Shown here in pieces: positions 1-9,000 of a stretch of DNA of 32,000 bases. Within the stretch, counting starts at the first letter, position 1, and each line of letters opens with the position of its first letter. A program made the position numbers and the translations under genes. Source of the stretch: an uncultured archaeon (GTDB lineage Archaea; Iainarchaeota; Iainarchaeia; Iainarchaeales; JAAZKV01); assembly GCA_964551375.1 (NCBI GenBank), contig CAZKBG010000002.1, forward strand, positions 45,558 to 77,557, read 5' to 3'. Below the pieces are notes generated by a model that was given only the letters and a program-made list of their open reading frames with translations, made no database searches and was not told the DNA's origin.

Positions 1-441
1 GAAGACAGGGAAAAAATCTGCAACGGAAGCGGGAACGTAATATTATCCACTTCAGGAATGATGAACGGCGGTCCTGTGATAGAATACTTCTACAAAATGG
101 CTGAAAACCCCGCAAATACTTTGGTGTTTGTTGGTTACCTTGCTGAAGGAACATTCGGAAGAAAAATACAACAGGGACTAAAGAGCATGCCAATAAGCGA
201 TAATGGCAAAACAAAAAAACTTGATGTTAAAATGAGAATTGAAACAATAGACGGATTCAGCGGACACGCTGATTTCAACGAGCTTGTATCATACGTTGCA
301 TCGCTAAAGCCAAAGCCAAAAAAAATACTGGTAAACCACGGCGACCCGACAAGAAGCGTTGAGTTTTCAAAATACTGCGCGGCAAAATTCGGAATAAGCA
401 GCTCAGCTATTAGAAACCTTGAAGCAGTAAGATTCAAGTAA
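1..441 (+). CDS. C-terminal part of archaeal CPSF-family beta-CASP/metallo-beta-lactamase ribonuclease (5' truncated by window start)
   Basis: Frame 1 is open from base 1 (EDREKICNGSGNVILSTSGMMNGGPVIEYFYKMAENPANTLVFVGYLAEGTFGRKIQQG...IETIDGFSGHADFNELVSYVASLKPKPKKILVNHGDPTRS). SxGMMxGGPxxEYF, GYxAEGTxGRKxQxG, GFSGHAD and PKKxxxNHG are hallmark C-terminal beta-CASP motifs. Confidence 0.93.
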   Translation, partial: EDREKICNGSGNVILSTSGMMNGGPVIEYFYKMAENPANTLVFVGYLAEGTFGRKIQQGLKSMPISDNGKTKKLDVKMRIETIDGFSGHADFNELVSYVASLKPKPKKILVNHGDPTRSVEFSKYCAAKFGISSSAIRNLEAVRFK

Positions 442-474
442 GAGCTTTGAGAAAAAGCAATCCTGATTAATTTG

Positions 475-509
475 TTTTGCAGCAAAAAATGCTGCAAAAA
501 TATTTTTTT
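475..509 (+). terminator. Perfect hairpin followed by T-tract downstream of the CPSF-family gene
   Basis: TTTTGCAGCA(475-484)-AAAAA-TGCTGCAAAA(490-499), followed by ATATTTTTTT. Confidence 0.5.
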
Positions 510-579
510 GCCAAAGTCTTGCTTTTAGCATCAACAAAGCTGGTTTTAAATATCAGTTTGATGCTATGATTCAATTAGC

Positions 580-1257
580 ATGGTTTTTTTAGATAAGTTT
601 GACAAGTTGCTTTTATTATTTCTAGTTTTTGTGGTAGGAATATTTTTTGCCACGGCGGTAGATATCGACCCAAACATTCCAAGCCATCAATTCTCGCAGA
701 TTGCGGTTGGAGTGGAGAGAGTGGTGAATGACAATAATATTTTGTTAGCAAAATTCGGGGGAACAGGCGTAGCAACATGCCCTGACGGAACTGTTTTGAT
801 TTGGAATAATGTTTCTGGAACTTGGATTTGCGGAAGCGGAGTTCCAGGACCGCAAGGTCCTGCAGGCGTTCAAGGTCCGCAAGGACCAGTTGGTGCGACA
901 GGCGCAACAGGCCCTACAGGATATGCTGGAGCTACTGGTCCTCCTGGTCCGCAAGGAGCTCAAGGCCCTACTGGACCAATTGGTCCAAACGGCGCTACTG
1001 GCCCTGCCGGTCCAACAGGCGCGACAGGAGCACGGGGACCAACAGGAGCTACTGGCCCTGCCGGTCCAATGGGTTCGCCAACTTTTTGCTATTATGAAGG
1101 AGTAGCGTGGGGAATTGGGATGTCTTGCTTTGCGGGAAATCAATCTCCGGCTGCAACAACATCTTATGGAAATCTTATCCAATGTACAACAGGCGGATGG
1201 ACAAGCGGCTCAAGGGTATACGGTCCCGGAGGATACACAGCATATCCAATATGCTGA
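580..1257 (+). CDS. Collagen-like repeat surface protein, copy 1 (N-terminal hydrophobic signal/anchor)
   Basis: [27 protein letters not shown] signal/anchor, conserved [38 protein letters not shown] core, 27 uninterrupted G-X-Y triplets, Cys-containing C-terminal domain ending YPIC. Confidence 0.9.
   Translation: MVFLDKFDKLLLLFLVFVVGIFFATAVDIDPNIPSHQFSQIAVGVERVVNDNNILLAKFGGTGVATCPDGTVLIWNNVSGTWICGSGVPGPQGPAGVQGPQGPVGATGATGPTGYAGATGPPGPQGAQGPTGPIGPNGATGPAGPTGATGARGPTGATGPAGPMGSPTFCYYEGVAWGIGMSCFAGNQSPAATTSYGNLIQCTTGGWTSGSRVYGPGGYTAYPIC
838..1080 (+). repeat. 27 uninterrupted collagen-type Gly-X-Y triplets
   Basis: [36 protein letters not shown] ... GPM GSP, read codon by codon. Confidence 0.95.
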
Positions 1258-1305
1258 TATTAAAATTAAAAATTAAAAGTATTATTTATAGTGTTGGTTA
1301 TTTTT

Positions 1306-1995
1306 ATGGCAATGTTTGGAAATTTTAGCAAAATCGTTCTGATTTTTTTTGTGCTTGTGCTAAGCGTAGTATTTGTCGTTTCGACTGATGTGGTTATATC
1401 AAAACCTTATCATCAGTTTTCTGCAATAGCTGTCGGGATTGAAAAAGTTGCAGACAACAGCAATATACTTTTGGCAAAGTTTGGAGGAACAGGGCTGGTT
1501 AATTGCCCTGACAAAAATGTTTTGGTTTGGAATAATGTTTCAGGCACTTGGATTTGCGGAAATCCTCCTGCAGGAGTGCAGGGGCCTATGGGTCCGCAGG
1601 GGCCAGCGGGCATAGCAGGTCCGCAAGGACCAGTTGGCGCGACAGGCGCTACTGGAGCTAACGGCGCAACAGGTCCTCCAGGCGCCACAGGAGCAAGAGG
1701 ACCAACAGGTCCTGCAAATACCACTACTGGTCCACAAGGGCCAAAGGGATCTACTGGTGCAACAGGCGCTGCAGGTCCTGCTGGTGCAACAGGTCCGCAA
1801 GGCCCGGCGTTAGTAAGAGTAACATGCACTTACAATGGAAGACTTTACAGTCCAGGAGCAAAATGTTTTACAGGAAGCTGTCCTATTGCTACTACAAGCT
1901 CGGGACAATTAATTACCTGCAACTCCAACGGGACTTGGAGTTCGCCGACAACAGTATACGGCTGGGGAAATTCATGCCAGTATTCAATATGTTAA
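1306..1995 (+). CDS. Collagen-like repeat surface protein, copy 2 (track start GTG 1291; ATG 1306 or 1312 preferred)
   Basis: [29 protein letters not shown] anchor, then [48 protein letters not shown] tract and Cys-rich C-terminus, paralogous to the flanking genes. Confidence 0.88.
   Translation: MAMFGNFSKIVLIFFVLVLSVVFVVSTDVVISKPYHQFSAIAVGIEKVADNSNILLAKFGGTGLVNCPDKNVLVWNNVSGTWICGNPPAGVQGPMGPQGPAGIAGPQGPVGATGATGANGATGPPGATGARGPTGPANTTTGPQGPKGSTGATGAAGPAGATGPQGPALVRVTCTYNGRLYSPGAKCFTGSCPIATTSSGQLITCNSNGTWSSPTTVYGWGNSCQYSIC
1573..1809 (+). repeat. Collagen-type tract of 16 + 9 triplets interrupted by NTTT
   Basis: ...[22 protein letters not shown]... read from the frame. Confidence 0.93.
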
Positions 1996-2089
1996 TATTT
2001 ATGGTGAAAAAATAGTTGCTGTGAATTTATGAAAGGAGTTAAATATTTGGAAAAAGTTTATTTGATAAAATGATATTCGGGTTTTATTT

Positions 2090-2782
2090 ATGATAGGTTT
2101 TGGAAAAATTGATAAGTTGCTTTTAGTTTTTATGATTCTAGCCTTGGGAATATTTTTTGTCATGGCAGTAAATGTAAACACTTCAAAACCTTATCATCAG
2201 TTCATGGCAATTGCATCAGGAACTGAAAGAGTGATTAATGATTTTAATCAGCTGAACGCAAAGTTTGGCGGAACCGGAGTTGCGACATGCACTGATGGAG
2301 CAGTTCTAACATGGAGCAATGCTCAAAATTCATGGATTTGCGGAAGCGCAGCTACTGGAATTATAGGTCCGCAAGGTCCAGCCGGTCCTACTGGTCCTGC
2401 TGGTCCAACAGGCGCTACTGGCGCGCGCGGGGCTACTGGCGCGGCAGGGGCGCAAGGACCTATTGGCGCTACTGGACCAACAGGCTATGCTGGGGCAGCC
2501 GGTCCTACTGGTCCTGCTGGTCCAACTGGAAATACTGGCGCTACTGGCCCCGCTGGCGCTACTGGTCCTGCCGGCCCAGCTGGCCCTGGAGATCCTGGAA
2601 ATGTGTGTTATTATAACGGGCACACAGTTGCTGCTGGAACAACTTGCTTTGTCAGCGGAAGCTGCCCAATTGCATGGACTTCATATGGACAAACAGCAAC
2701 ATGTTATACAGGCGGAAGCTGGGGAAATTTTAGAACAGTAAGCGGAAGCGGCGGCTCAAGCTGCGCATATAATTTCTGCTAA
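2090..2782 (+). CDS. Collagen-like repeat surface protein, copy 3
   Basis: [27 protein letters not shown] anchor, [45 protein letters not shown], 26 G-X-Y triplets, Cys-containing C-terminal domain. Confidence 0.9.
   Translation: MIGFGKIDKLLLVFMILALGIFFVMAVNVNTSKPYHQFMAIASGTERVINDFNQLNAKFGGTGVATCTDGAVLTWSNAQNSWICGSAATGIIGPQGPAGPTGPAGPTGATGARGATGAAGAQGPIGATGPTGYAGAAGPTGPAGPTGNTGATGPAGATGPAGPAGPGDPGNVCYYNGHTVAAGTTCFVSGSCPIAWTSYGQTATCYTGGSWGNFRTVSGSGGSSCAYNFC
2357..2590 (+). repeat. 26 collagen-type Gly-X-Y triplets
   Basis: [15 protein letters not shown] ... GPA GPA GPG, counted from the translation. Confidence 0.92.
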
Positions 2783-2819
2783 AAAAATACTAAAAATTAT
2801 GCTAAAAAAAAGATTTTCT

Positions 2820-5123
2820 TTATTCGTCTTTATCCTTCTTTTCAGGCTTTTCTTTTTGAAGCCTTGGAATCATAGTGGTTGAAATCCAATTCTTCCACTG
2901 CCCAAGAAGCTGGTCATAATTAATTTTGCCGTCCTCTTCAATCATAGTTTCTTTCATCAAAAGAAGCTTGTTGTTGCAAAGACTTGTGTGCTCCGCTTCA
3001 AGAAGACTTTTTAAATTAAGAGAATTTTTCTGCTCAACGAGGAATAGTTTTGCATTCGCCCTCAATCTGATTTCAGCCCAAATATCGCTCACAGTAAGCC
3101 CGCTTGTTTTCTGAATCTTTTGTAATAATTCGCTTTCTTTTAAATTATCTTCCATTAATTCAAGAGAATCTTTTGCGGCGTCAAAACTCATAAGCGCAAG
3201 CAGTCCGCCTTCAACTGAAGGGTCAGTATTCCAGTGCTTTTTAATTTCAGTAATTTCAACAACTCTTCTCTGTCTTCCAAGGCTTCCCTTAAACCTAATG
3301 GGTCTAGCAACAACAATCAAATCAGTCGCCTTAAATGAAGTTGTTGGAACTCCTAAATCGTTAACAACACGGTCCCAAACAGAATAAGCTGAATCAGCGT
3401 GAATTGTTCCAAGAACTACATTTCCCGCAGCTCCAACACGCATTGCTTCATACAAAACTTTTGCTTCCTTTGATCTTACTTCCCCGATAACAAGAGCAGA
3501 ATCACCTAAACGAAGAGCGGTACGAAGAGCTTCTGCAGGGTCAACTTCAGTTTCAGTTTTTGAAACACTAATCGGACTTCTTGTTTTAAGTCTTTGAATG
3601 TTAAATCCAATATCCTTCATATAAGGAACAGGAATTTCAAGAGTGTCTTCCTGAACAATAATTCTTGAGTTCTGAGGAATTTCAAGCATCATTGCCTGAA
3701 GAAGAGAAGTTTTTCCCGAGCCTCTTGAGCCCGCAATAAGAGTAGTCGCCTGCATATCAATAAAGAAGCTAATCATTCCTGCTGCAAGCGGATTAATGTA
3801 ACTCACATCAATAAACTGCTCAAGCGTCCAAGGCGTCATTTTATGCAATCTAAACGCAAAACCATAACTTGAAGGAGTAAGAGGAGGGCCGATTAACGCA
3901 ACTCTTGTTTCAAGGTCCGCCAAATCATAATCAAGAACAGGATGCGCTTCATCAAAAGGCCTTGAAGACATCGCTCTTAATTTTGAAATCAAACTATTTG
4001 CCTCAAATTCAGTGAAAGTAATATTTGTCTGGCACTGTCCGTACTCAGAATGAACAATATAAATTGGGCGCGAGCCAATCGGTGAGTCAATGTAAATATC
4101 GGTAATTCTTCTGTCGTTTAATAAAATTTCTAAAATACCATATCCAACAGTGTATCTTGCAACAACTTTTGAAAGAGAGGACATGTCATCAGGAGTAATT
4201 GCAATTCCGCTCCTTGCTGCAATTTCTTTTATTGTTGATTCGTACAAACGCTCAAAGTATCTTCTTGAAGTCGCAACAGTGCTTAAGGAAGTTCTTCCCG
4301 GCTTGTATGCTGAAACAACTTCCCTTGTTCTGCTCAAAACAAAATACTGGTCAGGCGCAAGCGAATACTCGGGCGGATTTATGTAATAAAGTTTCTCAAC
4401 TTTATTCGGGTCCGCAAAAACCTGAACGCTTGATTCTTTCACAGGATACTCGTCAAGAAGCTCAAAGTTTTCAATCCCTGAAAAAGAAAGTTTTGAGCCG
4501 ATAAAGCTTGGCTTAATATCAGCTTCAAAAAGCGCTTTGTAAATAATGCTTGTTTCAGGAACTTGCTGTAATTCAGTAAGAAGTTTTTTTGCTCTTATTA
4601 CAAGAAGAAGCGCGTCAAATCTGTTTCTTAAATCAACAAGAGTTGCGACATACGGTTCGGTGCACTGGATATACCCTGCTCCTGCCTGCTTTAATTTTTC
4701 TTCCTCTTTTCTTAATTCCTGAATTAAGCTAAGATATGCAAGAAGCGGATCATAATTAATCAAATCGCTTGCAATCCTTACTACCATCTGGTGGCGCTCT
4801 GAAAAAAAAGCCTCGCAGTCCTTTCCTGCCCTTCCAAGATGCCCAAAACTCCAAACACTCTCAACGCTTAATTTCTGCGCGAAGTTAGCCACTTCCATCA
4901 GCATTTTTGTCTGGACATCCTCGTAAACTCTCTCATACTTTTCGCTAAATACAATCTTGTCAGCTTCAACTTCCTGCAAAACTTTTATCACGTGGAAACG
5001 GCAGTGATGGTCTTCCCCGATTGAAGCGCTGTAAATACAGTTTTTACAGTCAAAAATAAGCGCACGCTTGCCGCCAATGTCTTTAACAACAAAGTCTCCA
5101 ACCTTGTATCCGCCAATCTTCAT
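2820..5123 (-). CDS. Type II/IV secretion system family ATPase (archaeal pilus/archaellum/TadA-GspE type)
   Basis: Walker A AGSRGSGKTSLLQAM, IIVQEDTLEIPVPYMKDIGFNIQRLKTRSP, GEVRSKEAKVLYEAMRVGAAGNVVLGTIHADSAYSVWDRVVNDLGVP. GGTGA-type Shine-Dalgarno a few nt upstream of the ATG. N-terminal CxxC...C cluster. Confidence 0.92.
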   Translation of the reverse strand: MKIGGYKVGDFVVKDIGGKRALIFDCKNCIYSASIGEDHHCRFHVIKVLQEVEADKIVFSEKYERVYEDVQTKMLMEVANFAQKLSVESVWSFGHLGRAGKDCEAFFSERHQMVVRIASDLINYDPLLAYLSLIQELRKEEEKLKQAGAGYIQCTEPYVATLVDLRNRFDALLLVIRAKKLLTELQQVPETSIIYKALFEADIKPSFIGSKLSFSGIENFELLDEYPVKESSVQVFADPNKVEKLYYINPPEYSLAPDQYFVLSRTREVVSAYKPGRTSLSTVATSRRYFERLYESTIKEIAARSGIAITPDDMSSLSKVVARYTVGYGILEILLNDRRITDIYIDSPIGSRPIYIVHSEYGQCQTNITFTEFEANSLISKLRAMSSRPFDEAHPVLDYDLADLETRVALIGPPLTPSSYGFAFRLHKMTPWTLEQFIDVSYINPLAAGMISFFIDMQATTLIAGSRGSGKTSLLQAMMLEIPQNSRIIVQEDTLEIPVPYMKDIGFNIQRLKTRSPISVSKTETEVDPAEALRTALRLGDSALVIGEVRSKEAKVLYEAMRVGAAGNVVLGTIHADSAYSVWDRVVNDLGVPTTSFKATDLIVVARPIRFKGSLGRQRRVVEITEIKKHWNTDPSVEGGLLALMSFDAAKDSLELMEDNLKESELLQKIQKTSGLTVSDIWAEIRLRANAKLFLVEQKNSLNLKSLLEAEHTSLCNNKLLLMKETMIEEDGKINYDQLLGQWKNWISTTMIPRLQKEKPEKKDKDE

Positions 5124-5213
5124 TATAATTCACCAATGCTTCTAAACTTAACTTCAGTTAATCCAAATTAACCTTTTTTTGATTTGTCCTGATGTGTAAT
5201 AAAGCAAGTAAGA

Positions 5214-5225
5214 AGTATAAAAACT
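5214..5225 (+). promoter_or_regulatory. Candidate archaeal TATA box for the archaeosortase-like gene
   Basis: AGTATAAAAACT about 50-60 nt upstream of the ATG in the divergent intergenic region. Confidence 0.3.
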
Positions 5226-5276
5226 TGATTTTATCACAAGTAAACTTATTTAAGCTTCAAGAACGTTATCTGGCTC

Positions 5277-5918
5277 ATGAGCATAAAGAAAAAAACCGCC
5301 AAACTTTCGCAAAAAAAAAGCGGGGCAGGGTTCATTCTTGACTATTTTAAAGAACAGCACAAAAAAATCAGAACCGACAAAAAGAAACAGTTTGTTTTCT
5401 TTGTTTTGGGATTTGTGCTTTCATACCTGATTCTTACAGTTTTAGTGAGCATAGTTCCTGATATTTACTATAAAGAAGCAGTTGGGGGAATGGTTAGAGG
5501 AGCGCTTGGAGCGCAAGGGATAAACACCACTTCAGTTGGCAATGTTGAATGCATGGAATTTTCATGGCTGAGCGACACTGCAAAAGGAAGCTGCTATTCA
5601 TTCACCGCAGAGGGAAAGAATATTGTAATTTCCTGGCTCTGCACGGGGATTTTAGAAATAATAATACTAATATGCGCAATAATTGCAAGCTTTGGAGTAA
5701 AATGGAAAGAAAAAGCTGTCGGGATTATAGCCGCAATAATTCTTGGAATAGTTTTTAACATTTTAAGAATAGGGATAACAATAAATCTCATCTTTTCGCA
5801 GGATGTTGCAACTGTTGAAATAGCCCATGATGCTTTATTTAGAATAATTTTGTTTGTTTACATAGCAGTCGTTTATATTATTTGGTTTTATTGGGCTGCG
5901 AACAAAAGCGAACGATAA
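5277..5918 (+). CDS. Compact archaeosortase/exosortase family protein
   Basis: Multi-TM protein with the expected order of catalytic residues: Cys122 in WLCTGILE (codon 5640-5642), Arg164 in FNILRI (5766-5768), His184 in HDALFR (5826-5828), followed by a final TM helix. Confidence 0.85.
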   Translation: MSIKKKTAKLSQKKSGAGFILDYFKEQHKKIRTDKKKQFVFFVLGFVLSYLILTVLVSIVPDIYYKEAVGGMVRGALGAQGINTTSVGNVECMEFSWLSDTAKGSCYSFTAEGKNIVISWLCTGILEIIILICAIIASFGVKWKEKAVGIIAAIILGIVFNILRIGITINLIFSQDVATVEIAHDALFRIILFVYIAVVYIIWFYWAANKSER

Positions 5919-6006
5919 CAGGCTGTAATTTAGAGCGATTATTGCCTGCCAAAAAGGTTTATTAAGCAAGTAATGTTAATTATTTACAGGTAAAAGGGGA
6001 TAAGCG

Positions 6007-9000
6007 TTGATTTCAGAAAAGCTTGCGGGGTTTTACACAAAGCTTGAAGACAAATATTTTGATGTGCTTGACGCGCTTGACAAAAAAGGCATACCAGTTT
6101 ATGCTTATTCTGATTTTTTTGAAAATAAAGGAATACCAAGCTTTGTTGTGACAATAGCAATAATAGTCGCAATAATCGCAATTGTAACGCTTGCTCTAAC
6201 TTATCAAGGCGCTGATGTCGGCGAATTAACTTTATCATTAAAAGACAGCGACGGACAAAGCCTAAATGATGTTTCACTTGTAATAAAAGACGCAAAAGGA
6301 GAAGTGCTTTTTGAAGGAAGCGCAAGCGACGGAGAAACGATAAAATTAAACCGTGCGCTCTTTAACGGCGAAGAAATATCAATAACCGCCGAGGTGGAAG
6401 GATACCAGCCAAAAACAATCGCATTCACAGTCGGCGAAGAAAATAATGTTCCCAAATTATCATTTGACCCTTATTTTGAAGGAATTGAAGCTGCAGTAAG
6501 AGTAATTGATTCTGAAGGCTCAACTCCAGTATATGACGCAACAGTGCTTGCAAATTCAAGAGCAAATTTAAGCTACCAGTTTGTTTCAGACCAGAACGGA
6601 ATTTACAAAAAAAGCGGAGTTCCTGCCGGAGTAGATTTACTTCTAAAAATAACAGCAGAAGGATATGACAATTACGAGCAGACAGTTTCATTTAGAGCGG
6701 GCGAAGTAAGAGAAGTAATGCTTACTCCTTCAAATAATGGACTTGCGGCAGAAGTAAATATTGCAATTGATGTCTCAGGACCAGATGGCAAATCAATTGA
6801 CCAGGCAAAAGTAACTGTGTACGACAAAAGAAATTCAACAGTTCTATTTAGCAGCTACACAACAGACGGAACAGTGGTTGCAAAATTACTTTCAGGAGTT
6901 CCGCTAAGAATTGTTGTTGAAAAACAAGGGTACTTAACTTATGATTCTGATGTAGACGGCGGAGGAGTAACTGTACGAACTGACGGATTAAGATTCCCAG
7001 TTAAACTAAGACTTGGGGGGCAGAAATTACACGTAACTGTGCTTGATTCACAGTCAGCATTCGGCGTTGAAGGCGCAACAGTTCAATTGTTTAGAGAAAC
7101 AGGAGAATTAATTTCAAGCCAGGTTTCAAAAGTTTCAGGAGCTGAATTTAGCGGAATTGATTCAAATTTAACAATTTACGTTACAGCATACAGAGACGGA
7201 TACCTTCCCACAAGAGAGAAAGTAAGAGTAAGCATCACTGAAGAAGTAAAAATACTGCTCAATAAAGTAACTTCAAATAATTCAACAAGACTTGACATTT
7301 ACACGCTTGACAAGCTTGGAAAAACAGTTAACGGCGTAAAAATTTTAATAATTGATATTAACGGCTCGGAAAAAGTGCCTTATGGAATTCCAGAAATTGA
7401 AACAAGCGTTGCGGGATACGTTAATGCGACAGTTGCAATCGGAAAAACATACTCTGTAAAAGGATACACTGATGTTCTTGACGGAGCAATTGATGTTGAA
7501 GTAAAACAGGGCGAAATAGAAAAGAAAGTTTACTTAAAAATGCTGAAAAAATCAAACGTTTTAGAAATGAAATTCATTGACGTGTTTGGAAAAAATGTAA
7601 AAGGCAAATCCACAATATCAGGGCTTGACGGGACAATATTATTTGACGGACCGATTTTAGAAGGAAGCATATTCTTTGACGCGCAGCAAAAAGACGTAGT
7701 TGAAGTAATGGTTACAAAAGATGACGGAAATGTATTCACTGAAAATGTCACAGTAAAAGGAAAAGACTATGTTGAAGTAATGGTGTATTCAAAAGACTCC
7801 GCAGCTCTTTCTCCAACAATTGAATTTATTGGAATTGAAGACGAAAGTGGAAACGTAGCTGATGGAATAATTCCAGGCGCATTCTTCTGGGCAAAATTTA
7901 ATGTAACATTCCCAAGGTCAGCAACAAAAGGCGGAGTTCACTTTAGAGTAGGGCAGGACGATGTTGAATTTGTTGAATCAGAAAAATTTGCGTTATATGA
8001 TTTAAGCATGCAAAATGCGACAGTTGATTACTCTTTATCCTATACTCCTTTGCCAGCCCCAGGAAACGAAATAGTTGACAGGGCGAATAAAGGAACTCAA
8101 GGAAGCAAAAACAAGTGGATTGAAGGAGTTGTAAGCCAGCCCCAAGGAACATACACTGCAAAAATTAAAGTAAGAGCTGAAGACTTTTTAGCGGGAAAAG
8201 CAGAGTTAAAATTCAGAGCATGGGCAATAGTTGGCTCGGATTATTACAGAATGCCCCAAGACGCAGATCTTTTATCAAAAGGATACAGCGATAAAAAAGC
8301 GGCATTATACGCGCTGACAAGCACTCAATCAGTTACAATTTACGAATCCCTTCCTGAATGCGCGGATAATTTATGCATGGCAGTTAATTTTGTTGACGAA
8401 GACGAACAATTCCTAAATGAAAAAGGATTTGAAGCATGGAAAGGAAAACAATACGCAATTGAAATTGAATTATCAGCAAAAGAACAGGAATATGCGCAAG
8501 TTACAGTAACAACTGATGCCAATATTGATTTTAGCTCCTCGCAGACAACCAATTTTGGATTTGTAAAAAGAGGAGAGCAGATTGGGCAAGTAAAGAAAAC
8601 AGCAGCAGCTGCAGTGACAATAGCTAAAGGCGGAAAACAGAAAGTAAGATTCTACTTCACAGCAAACAAAGTAGGCGCGGCTTCAATTAATGTAAGCGCA
8701 ATAGGAAAATCAACAGTAGTAAAAGATGTTTTATTTAACGTAGTGGAAGAAAAATCACTTCTTATAGAATTATCAGAAAATCAGGTAATGGCAGGAAGAA
8801 ACTTTACAGTAAGAGTGACTGACTCGGGACTTAAAGGAGTAGAAAATGCTCTTGTAAAAATAATTGACAGCGAAGGAAAAACCGCAAAAAGCATTCTTGG
8901 CGACGGAACTGACGGAAAAGGAAAAAACGGATACTATAGAATACAAAATAATTTAGGAGTGGGCCTTTACACTGTTGAAGTATCACTAACAGGATATGCT

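Noticed and set aside
1413-1829. Minus-strand 138-aa ORF rich in GPxxPxAP, and other alternative-frame ORFs over the collagen tracts (745..1182, 809..1105, 822..1097, 1540..1800, 2311..2616, 2330..2623, 2463..2741)
   Set aside because: Shadow ORFs produced by the repetitive GC-rich G-X-Y codons. The + frame coding has signal/anchor sequences and conserved flanks in all three paralogs.
838-2590. Considered whether the tandem collagen arrays were a CRISPR or other DNA-level repeat system
   Set aside because: Periodicity is 9 nt with codon-level variation inside open frames. There is no regular spacer structure.
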